This document shows, piece by piece, positions 11,801 through 24,922 of a stretch of DNA of 64,000 nt. Position 1 is the first letter of the stretch. Each line of letters begins with the position of its first letter. The notes under the pieces are model-generated. The model saw only the letters and a program-made list of their open reading frames with translations, searched no databases and had not been told where the DNA came from. The position numbers were made by a program, and so were the translations under genes. The stretch is from the NCBI RefSeq assembly GCF_040938485.1, contig NW_027272293.1:310001-374000 (forward strand), given 5' to 3'. Origin of the DNA: Diadema antillarum (lineage: Eukaryota).

Positions 11801-14800
11801 AAACTGTCCAAGCTGGAAGAAATTGTGAATGAGAAGCAGGCTATGCTGAACCAACGAGATGACAGGATCAAAGTCTGTGAGCAAAGGATAGAAGAACTGG
11901 AAGAACAGGACAGGAGAACTACAGGAGAACTTCTGGTTCGTACAATCCCTTTAAGCATGCTTTTACATCTCTCTTGCCATGAATAAAGCTTTCTTTAAAA
12001 GGGGGAAAATTCAATTCAATCAAAATGCATGTGTAGATTCTATAGATGCTGTAGCTCCCAATGCCTGGACTGTCCGCCATCAGCTGAATCAGGTATAAAC
12101 CACATACTGTAAGTCCCTTCTTTCTTGTATTCTACCATGCAGCCACATAGACCAGTCTTTCTTGTTCTTCCATTGTCATCATTTTGAATTTTCCTTTGTG
12201 ATGGGAAAAGACTTTGGACTGTACTTCACACTTTCCTTGTTCTTTGCTCTCTATTGCTTCCATCTCTGTAAATGTCACATGTATCTTCCAGGAGAAAGAA
12301 AAGATCATTGAGAAGCGAGATGCCATGTTAGAGGCTCTTCGGAGTGGAGGAGCCGCTGTTGTCATGGATACTGGTCCTACCACTCAACTCAATAACCGAG
12401 TGAAGGAGTTAGAGGTATAGATATGTCTTCATCTTTTGTTTTGATGTATTTTCATATTTCCTCACATATATAAAAACTCCACCCCAATATAAACTGTCAT
12501 CATTATCATCCCTTGACTCAGTTTTCTTACCAGTATTGTGACTTGCATGCTAATTGTACATGTTTATTGTTTGTCGCTATAATGACATTTTTGCAACTCC
12601 TGTTTTTCACACTGCCTAAACTGTATACAAAGTGTGTTTCATCCATCAAATTATACTTGTGTCATATGTCTAAATGATATGTTTGTGTTTACTTCATGTA
12701 CATGGAAATCAGTTCATATGATGTACAAACAAGCATGAACTATATTTTAAGAAGACAAAATCCTCTGCATGCATGCACAATGTGTCATTCATAATCAGCA
12801 AATGCATGAGAGCTTATTTGAGTGTCTTGATGGCATGATGATCATCACTGATGAATTGTGAAATCCTCACTAAAACTTTGTTTTCCCATTCTGCTTCCAT
12901 CAAGCATTACGTTCGTATTTGTTGAACATATTTGCATGGCAAAATCATGTTAAAAATTAGAAAAAGACATTTCCCATGCAAATATGACCTTGCATCACAA
13001 AACTGCCAAAAAGTCTCTAGACATGGATAATTAGTTAAGAGCAGGTTCTGAGAGATCAGACTCTAAACTTTAAAATGATGCATAACTCAATACAAATGGA
13101 CCATTCCTAAACTATCTAAATAATGGGAAGAAAGTACAAACTCTGGAAAAGTGCTTACTGAGAAAAGAGGCTTTGAAGTTAGGGTCTATCACCAAGCTGT
13201 GCACTGTGCAATGAATGGGACAAAAAACAGGATCTAAAACTCCAGAGCAGCCACAATGAAGGGATTAGCAGATTAAGCTGAAATTTTGCACACTCTATAA
13301 GCACATCCTATTCATGACTGCCACTGACTTTCAGAGCAGTAGCATCATCCTTTCAAAGGTTATTAGAGTTGAAAGTGAAGAGTGTGTAATGGGTTTTTAA
13401 GAAATTGAATATAAAGGGGCCTCTTGGACATACCTAATCACATTTGTACCAAAAAAAAAGTTCTAGAAGAGCTTCCCCCCCCCCCAAAAAAAAAACAAAC
13501 AAACAAACAAACAAACAAACAAAAAACAAAACACAATTGTCAGGCATAATATTCTGTAGATTTAAATCTGATTTCAGTTTTTTTTTTCTCTAGTCTGTAC
13601 ACATTTTGCTATTTTCATGTATCAAAATCACCTGAAAATTTTGATTTCTGGTTCTGTCAAAAAACCTCAATATCATCCCTGAATTTTAAATTTATGTTAT
13701 GATCCCAAACTTAAGAATTATGTCGAAGAATTGCTCTTTTAGAATACATAAAAATCTCAAAATTGACTAGGTTGACCCATTTCACCTATTTTGAGTTCTT
13801 ACATGAAACATCAGATATTGCAACTTTTTGTTGGTGTTGTGATGCAGTCACAAATCTAATTGTTTTACTTAGTCAAATATGTATAACAGTAGAGAATGTA
13901 GTGCTTAAATTGCATCCAAATCTTTAGACCAAAAAAAAAAAAAAAAATAATAATAATAATAAGTGAAGCATAATCCATGAAAAAGGAAACTTGTGGCAGC
14001 CCTAACCTTTTTATAATTCTTCTGTGTGTATTGTGTGTAATTCAAACCTGATAATACACATATTATCATTAAGTCTTCATGTTTGGGATTATAAAGAAGA
14101 AAAATATGTGTTTATCAATGTCTAGAATCATTCATTCCCTAACCCCTTCCAAGAAAAAAAAAAAAATCAAGACTTTTTTTTAGGTGATCCGAGAATCTTC
14201 TTGGATCACCTTCAATATCCCTACTGATTCTTTAATCTATTATTGCTACTGTTGATGAAAAGACACATACAAGCTGAAGGCTAAAGGGTTTGAATAGAAT
14301 TTTTATCCATGGACTCTGTGTTGGACTTAATATGTGACTGACTTTCTTCATGACAATGGATGTAGAAATTATTACGTGAGGAGAAGACAAAGTCACAAGA
14401 GGTCCTGGACCATCTTGTTCGCAAGGACCAGCTCCTGATTGAGCAGAGTGACAGGGTGGCTTTGTTGGAATACCAGACTCAAGGGGCCAAGCAGATGAGT
14501 CGTGACCAGGATGAAGTTATAGAGGGTAGAGATAGGGCAATTAAGGTGAGAGACCTGGCCGAGAGTGATTGACATTTAGTTTTTCTTGCTGTTCTTTGCT
14601 GCTGTGCTACACACACATTTAACATATATTTCAAATATAATCTTTCTCATGTTTTTTTTTCTTTGGCTGCTTTTGCTGGCGTTATATTCCTCCATGTTTG
14701 AGGTGTGAATTGGTTTGCATTTTTCCTGTTTTTCTAAGTCTCAGCTCAAGAGGTATCGGTGAAGATAGAGGTCCAAACTGTGGTAATTTGCCTGCACCAT

Positions 14801-17800
14801 GTAGTTTCTCATTGCAAGCTTTGATCTTTAGAGTTTCAGCAGTGGACACTTTTTTTTTTGACACTTTCTGTAGGACAATGTTTACATCATGGCTAAGAAA
14901 ACTTGTTATTAATACTATCACTGTTATTGTTGTTTATTTTTTGTAGTTATAATTATCAATATCATCATGATTGATTATTATTAGTCGTAATGTTGCTTCA
15001 GGTGAAAGGATCAGTTTACAATAGTCAACATTCATAGTGAATGCATAGATTACAACATATAATGTGTGCAGACTGATAAAAAAATGTAGGCAAAAATGAT
15101 ATCTGATTCATGTGACATAAGAGTATATCAGTCAAGAGGGGTTAGTCAGGTATAGATGTTTATACAAAAGCTGGTTAACATTGGGTTAGGATTGCTGAAG
15201 GATATATGTGTTGTAGTATAACTACTTTGTCTCCCTACCCCCCCCCCCCAAAAAAAAAAAAAATACTGCCAGGTCATTTCTATGTGTTCACTCCAGTGAA
15301 ACCACCCAATTACTCCATATTTATTCTGTTATTATGTGTGTGCGTGTGTGTGTGTGTTGTAATTTGTCAATGTCTCATTCATTGGTTGTGGTGCGCTCAA
15401 AGCTAATATAGCTTTTATGTGTTGCATGCTTCATTGGGATATCATAAGGATGTGTTCAAGTATTTATTTCACATTGGCATGTCACATAGACTGTGCTCTC
15501 CTTTTCCTGTTTTACTCTTTAAGTCTTTCTACCCTGTGAGAGAGAATACATTGTTAAAGGACAAGTTCACCTTCATAAACATAAGGATTGAAAAAATGCA
15601 ACAATATTAGTAGAACACATCAGTGAAAGTTTGAGGAAAATTGCACAATCGATGCAAAAGTTATGAATTTTTTTAAATTTTTGTGTTGGAACCGCTGGAT
15701 GAGGAGACTACTACAGCTTGTGAGTCATATGCGTACAACAGTATAAAGAAAATGTAAAAGAAAATTCAACATATTTTCACTTTTTTGGCATAATAAAAGT
15801 GCACTTGACTTGCCTCTTTCTAAAGGCAGGGGGAATAATATTACCCATAACATTTGTCGGTAACGAGTCAGGGGAATGTGTACTTTTTTCGAAAGATGGA
15901 ATTTTGTGAAATTCTCTTTATATTTTCCTTATATTGTTGTACGCATGTGACATCTAAGTTATTCATACACTGCAGTAGTCTTCTCATCCAGCGGGTACTG
16001 CACAAAAACTTCAAAAATTCATAACTCTTGAACGGATTGTCTGATTTTCCTCAAACTTTCAATGATGTGTTCTACTAATATTGCTACATTCTCTCAATCC
16101 TTATGTTTATGAAGGTGAACTTGTCCTTTAACTGTACACAATGTTGGTGTTTGGATTTATGTATATCCCACCTAACTCCTAACCTTCTTGCACTATCTTC
16201 CTAGAAATCTCATAATATTTTTTGATATGTTTTTCCTACGAATGAAGTCTTTAAAGGACAAGTTCACCTTCATAGACATGTGGGTTGAGTGAATGCAGCA
16301 ATATTAGTAGAACACATCAGTGAGAGTTTGAGCAAAATCGGACAATCCATTAAAAAGTTATGAATTTTTGAAGTTTCTGCCTAGTCACGGCTGGATGAAA
16401 AGACTACTGTAGCTTATGATGTCACATGAGTACAACGATATAAAGAAAGAATAAAGAAAATTCAACATATTTCCATTTTTCTCGCATAACAAAAGAACAC
16501 TCGACTTCTCTCTTTCAGAAGGCAGGGGGAATAATATTACCCTTAACATACGTCAGTAGCAAGTCGAAGAAATGTGCACTTTATTCAAAAAGTAAAGTTT
16601 TGTGAAATTCTCTTTTTATTTCCCTTATATAGTTGTACGCATGTGACATCATGCACTGTAGTAGTCTTCTCTTCCAGCAGTGACTGCGCAGATACTTAAA
16701 ATATTCGTAACTTTTGAACGGATTGTCCAATTTTCCTCAAACTTTCACTGATGTGTTCTACTAATATTGCTGCATTCTCTCAATCCTTACGTATATGAAG
16801 GTGGACTTGTCCTTTAAAAGAAATGTGAACAAAGCTGAACATACTCAATAGGTGTGAATCTGATTTCAACCTTGAAATAGTCACTATTTGTAAAAATCAC
16901 TTTGCTGTGTTTGGCTGCATTCATGCTATTTCTATTGATGTTTTTGATGAACTAGAAGCAGTTTTGTTATTTTGTCATAGTCCCTAGTACATGATATGTC
17001 TATTAGCCTGTGATTAGTATATTGTAAGTTTAAAGGACAAGTTCACCTTCGTAGACATGTGGATTAAATGAATGCAGCCATATTAATGGAACACATCAGC
17101 AAGAGTTTGAGGAAAATCAGACAATCCGTTTAAAAAGTTATGAATTTTTGAAGTTTCTGCTCAGTCACTGCTGGATGAGAAGACTAATACAGCTTGTGAT
17201 GTCACAAGTGTACAACGATATAAAGAAAATATAAAGAAAATTCAACATATTTGCACTTTTCTCGCATAAAAAAAAGATCACTTGACTTCCCTGTTTCAGA
17301 AGGCAGGGGGAATGATATTACCCTTAACCCATTGAGGACGAGTCCCGAGTATACTCGGGCAAGTGTCTATGGGAAATACGTGTTGTAGCAAAATCAGTCA
17401 GTCCTCAACGGGTTAACATACGTCCGTGATGAGTCAAGGAAATGTGCACTTTTTTCAAAAAGTAAAATTTTGTGGAATTCTCCTTCTATTTTCCTCATAG
17501 CAATGTATGCATGTGACATCATTTACTGTTACGTAGTAGTCCTCTCATCCAGCTGTGACTGTGCAGATACTTAAAAATTTCATAACTTTTAAAAGCATTG
17601 TTTGATTTCCCCCAAACTTTCACTGATGTGTTCTACTAATATTGCTGCATTCGCTCAATCCACATGTATATGAAGGTGGACTTGTCCTTTAACTTACTTG
17701 ACACCAAAGAACCAGCGGAGTAAAGAATCCACCATGAAATGGTCCTCAGCATACATTTAGACGTAATCATAAACATTCGAGGCAGAAAGGAAGACATATC

Positions 17801-20800
17801 TGGCCTGTGGTTAATACCAATCTAGCTTGAGCAAGAGCCATAAACCAACAGTATCACACGGACAAGGTACAGTCACCTTTTTGTGTGCTTTAAATTCTAA
17901 ACATTTGCTCTTTACTGTATTAACTGCTATAGTCCAACATCATCTTGTAGCTGAGTGTGCTGAGAAAATTTGAAGTGAAATCGGTTTCATTCACTGCACG
18001 TGATAGGCACTGGATAGGTTAATTTTTAGTTTTCTATACTTGGGCAGGTGCTGCAAGAAGAGGGGTCCAAGAAGGACCAAGAGATCGGTGACCTGAACAG
18101 GGTCATTGAGAATATGCGTTCCAAGATGGAGAGCTCCGATGAGAGAATAACGCAGCTAGCTGATGAGCTAGAGGCAAAGACTGCCCTCTTGAGGCAGGAG
18201 AGGGAGAGGTTTAACCAGGAGAAGGCAGTAATGGAGGAAAAGCTACAAGTCTATGAAGGAGCAGAGAAGGGAGAAAGGGAGACTCAGCTACAGGAACAAA
18301 TCAAGGTATGATGGAGGCCTTGGTAGGGAAGATTTAATACTTCTTACTTTTCTTACTGATATTTTTTATTGAAACTTTGTAGCAACTTCCAGCATTCCCA
18401 AATATATCTAGTGGCATTTTAATTAAGTCAGCCCATCTTCTAAGACACCATGCGAAGAATCTGTATACATTATCTAGTTGAATTAGTCCTCATTGCTTTT
18501 TTCTGTCATTCTGTTTAATAGTGTTCTTTCTTGCAAGACTATGTTAACCCATTAAAGAGTAGTCTCACATATACTTGGGCAAGTGTCTGTATGTAGTTGA
18601 GGTAGTTGTCCAATGGCTCTTTGTATGGAGAGACATCAACAAATGACACCAACTCCCTTTAGGCTTTGAATCTGTCATATTTTCATTAACCTGCTATTCA
18701 CAGTGTGAGTAAAAGTGAATAATGGTACAATGAGAAAAATGTATGTGTCATTACAATGATCAAATGTGTTATAAACTTATTACAACGAAAACCTTCATCA
18801 TAATGGGGTACTGACTAATGGGGTAATGAGTAATGGGGTAATGAGTAGTGGGGTAGTCTTGTTGAATTGGTAAAATTTGATAAACATTGCTGCATGTAAT
18901 TAAATTTATCTCTTGATTGGCTACTCTGTTTAATTGCGTATTATTACATGTATGCTGTCACACACCATATGCAGTCAAGTGAAGAGCACTAGACTGATAG
19001 ATACATTGTTTAAATCTAAAAATGCATTGTAATATCAAAGAGTGTAACCATGACTACATGTACATGAGCTTGTGTGTGTAGATAGTGATAATGTATTAGC
19101 AAGAAGGAAATATCATCTGTATACTATTTTGTCACCTGCAGACCCTTGAGCAGCGTTGTCTGGAAATGGAGGAGAATCTGGCTGGTAAAACCAAGGTGAT
19201 AGAGGCACTACAGACAGAGATAACTGAGAAGGAGCATTCCCTGGCTGATCACCAGACTAGCATGACATCAGTGGGGGAGAAGCTGGGGATCGCTAAGGAA
19301 CAGATGAGAGCCATGCAAGAACAGTTTGCAGACAGGGTATGATAGGGGGCTAGGGGAGCATCAATGTGTATATCAAATATTTTAGTGAAATACCAATCAA
19401 TAATTGACGAAGTGTGATCTTTGCTGACATGTTGTTTCAATAGCATTTCAGTCCCTTTACATGGCTCATTTTGTGTGTTCCCTCCCCTGTTGTTCATTCA
19501 TAATTATCTAGGTTGATATACACGTGAAAGATTGATTTCCTGGGCTTGATATATTCTGTATTCATACATTGTACATTATGAGTTTGAGGCAACTTCCGAG
19601 TAGAGGTGTTAGTAATTTAGTTATATACAAGTAATTACAATTAGGGGCTGACTTATCTTCAGCTATGAGCAATTCTTGCTTTGGGTATGATTCTACAAAA
19701 AAGATATTTGTTCCATATACCGCAATGTCTCACAGTAGATCCTGATTATTTGATTGAGCATAAAGTTTTTTTCTGTAACTCAATTATATTCACCATGTTT
19801 ATTGGAATGTGTGATAAAGTATGACTGTCACAGTGATGACATCATATTTTTTTTTCTATATAATTACTTTAAATTCAGTTGTTGTGTTCTTTTTACTTGC
19901 CATTGTGGAATGTTTTGATGACCGAAGGGCAAAGTTAGTTTTGGACACAAGTTGTCAGTAAGATATAGTATCTATGATGTTTGGCATGCATATATTCATA
20001 ACTTGGTTTGGCACAATGCAGACTTATAACTTCATCATGGCGGTGACTAAAGTGTAAATTTCATCACTGTTCTCATTGTACATATGACTAATTCTATTCA
20101 TGGCTTTTGTTCTCATTTTTTCATTATCTAAGGAGGAGGAGTGGAAGAAGGAAAAAGAGGAGATGGAGTCTGAGCTGAAGAAGACGGTAGAAGTCAGAGA
20201 AAAGTGGGAGTCAGAACTGTCAGAGAAATCAAATGCCATATCAGCTCTTCAGACAGCCCTCAGTCAATATGAGACAGCTTACCAACAAGCCAGTAGCCAG
20301 TACTCTACACTGGCTCAGAGCTTTGAACAGGTTCGAGAGGAGCTGGGGCAGACACGCAATCAGTTAGAATCATTGAATGCAGACAAAGAGAAGGCAGAAC
20401 TTGAAGGACAGGAGAAGGTTAAGAGTAGTGAGGCAGAAAAGACACAACTGGAGGACAAAATTAGAGCTCTGGAGAAAGAGATGGAGAGGACTAAATCAGA
20501 GAGAGAAGAGGAGATGAGGAAAGCTGGTACAGAGAAACAAGAAATGGAAGAGAGATTGCTGGACATGACCACCACACTGGAAGCTGGTCAATCAGAGCTG
20601 GATGGAGCCAGGGCTGAAGTCAGGGAGATGAAGCATAGAGAGGAGGAACGTGACCGTATCAGTGAACAAGGGAAGGAAGGATTGGAGACTAGGATACAGG
20701 ATTTAGAGGAGGAGGTGGAGAAAGGGAGAATAGAACTGAGAGAGAAGGAGGAGGAGATTGCAGATTTTAAATCCAAGGCAGAGGAGAAATTCAACAAACT

Positions 20801-23800
20801 CAAGAACCAGGCCAAGAATAAGGTCAAGGCCCTGGAGGAAGAATTGCAAGGCTTGAAAAAGGTTTGTAAGTCCTCTTATTACATGTACACCACAGACATA
20901 GATTTGTGAGATAGTGTTTCTGTACCATGACAACTGTTTGAAGATTGTGTTGTCTTTCCCCCTTCCCCCCAATCTCTCTCTCTCTTTTGAAACCATCTTT
21001 GTGATAGAATACCTTGTATGCCCTGAAAAAAAAAAAGAAATTGCCATTTCTATCTGTCTTGTTGTTGCTGTGTAAATGAGACTTAGAAGATACTTAACAA
21101 AGATAAGGTAATGTCACATGTGTAGCTTCACTGATACCATTGTGTGACTTCCACCAACAATGTTGTCTACTATAAAAAAAATGATACATTCCGAACAAAT
21201 TTACAGTGACAGTCATGCAGTACTTTACCTTACCTTAATCGCTCGACAGTAGCTGTAAGATATTGGCCAGTGGCAGGACTATATTACTTTGGCATACTTT
21301 GGTTATGGAGTGTGCTTTAAGTGCAGGCATACAATTGCATCTTCATAGTTTTCCTATTGATATCAGCCAATATCATGATATGCCCTATGCAAGAATGTGT
21401 CTAAAATGCTGTCAAAAATGACTCAAACAGTATTTCAAATCACAGTCCATATAAAAATATTTGTATGAGTATTGGGTTCCGCTGCAAAGCAGTGGTGTGT
21501 TGGTCAGAGGAAAGTAAGAGGAGAAGTCTAATGAGGTATCTGTGGATAAAGATCCTACATTAGTGAAGAAAAGCTATTGGAATCCACTGGTGCCACACCA
21601 GCATTGAAACTGAAGGTTCGAGGGTGATCGGCTGGAGGATTGCAGCTGTTTGTAGGCCTGTCCTACAAGCCATTTGTAGTTTCTCCTTCAAAGTTACTTG
21701 TTAGTGAAGTTCCTCTGCCATTTAGACAAAACTTGTGATATATGTTTACATCTGCTTTTCATTTTTATACAAAAAAGAAATAATGGGCAAAACTTGATGA
21801 TTTCTTTGTGTAGCTGTAAGATATTGGCAATCATACATAGAAATGTACTGCAGGTGATGTAAAAGACCCAAAGTAGGCAGCACAACGAGATTTGCACCCG
21901 CTAATTCTACACTACATCAACCCTCCAAATCAAACATTTGATAAAGTGCCTTCTTGTTGCTATTATATCGATCCCTCAAGTTGATACATCGACAGCTTAG
22001 TAGTGCTTTGTGTATAAAGGTCAGGAAAGTTTGAAATGCTGATGACATGAGCAGGAACTGTATCTTCATTTGTTGTATTTGCATGAGACAGAAAGAGAAA
22101 AAAAACTAAGAAGAAAAGATCAAAACCAGACAAGCTCTTAAAATCACATGCAGCAGTACAGTTACACAAGGGGAAGTTTAAGAACACATGCACACACACA
22201 AACCACGCACACATAACATAATCTTTTCATGCTCTACCCAGCAACGCAGGTGATTTCCCTTACAAGAAATGAGTAACAGGTGTCAGGATTAATTATTTCC
22301 ATTGTTCTTTGGAATGACTTGATCTCAAGCATAGTAGGTGATATCTATTCATCTCAGACATACACAAGTGGGCTTTCCAGGTATGTGATTACATGAAGAT
22401 AAAAATATTTGCATATTCATAACTTTGAAGATATGCAACCATTGGCAGTCTGGGAATGTGATCCACAAGGCAAACAATGCAACACATTTTACATCATTAG
22501 GCAGAGTGTATCCACATGTGTTTCCTTGCATGTCATACACTGTATGTTGTGCATAGAGTACTGCTATATGTATGGGAGCTCAACAGTGAGCACCCATGTG
22601 CTTCACCAGTATGTGCAATGTGGACTGTATATATCATTTTGAAAATTCTCAAGTTTCTGTGGATTTCTGGACAGACTCTAGTGACATATTTAGTCAGACC
22701 AGGCATGGAGAGTCACTGTACATATGTGTTCTCTCAAATGGATCACCAGCAGTCTGAGGTTAGAGTGTAATGTGTTTTGGTGAATTCTCTGCACTATTCT
22801 AGACTCTGATGGTGTGTGCATTCCTGTTTTGGCAGACAGGTTTCAGAAAATGAGGCAGATATTTATTTGTGACATTGTTTATCCTGCATTTGTTGTAGGG
22901 ACAGTCAAATGAATGTTAAGTTCTTTCAAAGGATTTAAGTTTGTAATATGTGTCATCTTCCTTTCCCAAATCATCTTATTGGATGAGTTCGCTGATGCTG
23001 ATTTGTGTAGAAATGTTCAAATGCTGGATGGCTTGTTTCTCTATGTGTTTGGACCTGAGTAACAATGCCATCTATCCACCAGGAGCCACAATCTCTGAAT
23101 GCTAAAGTTGAATCACGCAAACATGCTATCACTTACACTTAGATTACAAAAACACTCTTGTGTACTTCACTGTCAGACATTAAAGGTGATTTGGTACTCT
23201 ACAAAAATGTTAAGATGTCAGAGGTCTTTCAAATATTTTGGTTAGCAGCAGTTCTGTTTTACTTTGGTGTTGAAGCTGATTGAAATTTTTCAAATCATTT
23301 TATTTCGCTTTTGTGTGTGCCTAGATGAGTTAATTTGTAATAAACGATAGACAGTGACTATAGAATGTCTAGTTGGTTCATGCAGGGGTCCCCCCCCCCC
23401 CCCCACACACACACACACTTTTAGTTGATTTCAGGTGGCTGGAAATGGACATTCCTCCTCTAACATTCACCCAACAGTCACCAAAATATAACAACAAACT
23501 GCTAATAGTACATGTGAAAACCTTGTGAGAGAATGAGTCAAATCTCTGATACACACACATTACAGTAATCTGTCAGGATTTTTTAATTGTTGTGCAGTAT
23601 ACATGTATCTGCAAGTGGTTGACAAGTTTATTGGTGGTGATCACTGAACAGTTGGTTGTATGCAGATATTTTTGTAAGGTGTCAATTCATAGACCTCAAA
23701 CCCTTATATCTCTGAACAACCTTTACTTAGTTATGGAACACAATTTCAGGCAAATTGTGAAGTTGGACATGCTTGTGCAATGTGCATTAATGTACACATG

Positions 23801-24881
23801 AACTATAAGTCATTCAGTGACTCAATGGAGCTTGAGTGTCAGCCCTTTTTTTAATGCTGTATATTGTAACATGAGTTTTTTAACACTCGCAGTGCAATTC
23901 ATCACAAAATCTTTGAAAAATTTGTAATCTTAAATTTTAAACTCTCTTGTGATTCTACTTTCCACCATCCACCTTTTGAATAAAAAATACTGTCCAACTT
24001 AATTATAAATTTCTTGCAGTAAGGACACATGCCTTACTTACCACTTAGTGGGAGAGAAGGCAGGTGTTGGGACCTTGTTATCAAAAGCTGATAGAGTACA
24101 TACTTACCTACATGTCAGCAGTATTCACTTGTACTGCATCTGTGTGATATTTACAGTGTAAATAAAGATGGGAGATTGATCAATATTGTAGGCACATTTC
24201 TGCCGTAGAACACAATGTACACCGTACATTGAATCTGTGTTGGTACACAGTGGGACTTGTGAGTGCCTGCAGGAGGTGTGCAGAAAATAGTATCCTATGT
24301 AAACTGCGCCGGGTTGTAAGTTGTTCAATCTATTTTTGCCTGTAACTTAATCAGCCTGTTAAACAGCATAGTGTGTTCATACAACCAGTACATGTGTTTA
24401 ATTGTTAGAAACTGATGAACTGCTCTGTTACAGTACTGCAAAATTTCTAATTGAGGATTGCAACGTTCTCTTGGCTTTGAGTGCTTGTTAGATTTGGGAA
24501 AAAATATTTCACACTTATGGCATGTCATGCCATGCAATTTCCGCTTGTGAAGTTGTGACAAAGATCGGACTGTAGTGCCACATGGCTGTTATACATTGTA
24601 TGTCTCATGCTTCTGCAATATTTCATCATGGCAGAGGTTTTATTAGCACTTGTTTATGTAGCTGCTTGTATAATTGTGGCAATGGCTTCATTCTTTTAAG
24701 CCTGTGCTCATAGTAATCAAGACTGGTGTACTGCATATAACAATCTTGTGTAATTGGTTCCAACTTGTGACAGACAGTTTTGCATTATGAATGGTCGGTT
24801 CAGAGAGTCCCAAAAAGCTATCTCGAAACCATTATACAATGTATTTGTGTTAACATTTGTATCTCTCCTTCTGTCTGTCTA

Positions 24882-24922
<41 letters not shown>

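Noticed and set aside
14182-14211. 12-13-bp hairpin resembling a terminator or Helitron end
   Set aside because: It is isolated with no associated element ends, and rho-independent terminators are irrelevant in this context.
15554-17692. Regularly recurring repeats suggesting a CRISPR-like or satellite array
   Set aside because: The units are 570-660-bp TIR elements with individual TTAA duplications in a eukaryotic intron; there is no repeat-spacer structure and no cas gene.
21480-23130. Candidate micro-exons in the 4.1-kb intron after exon 8 (near 21500, 22899 and 23082)
   Set aside because: Donors are weak or non-consensus, and exons 8 and 9 already join in phase 0. They cannot be supported without reads.
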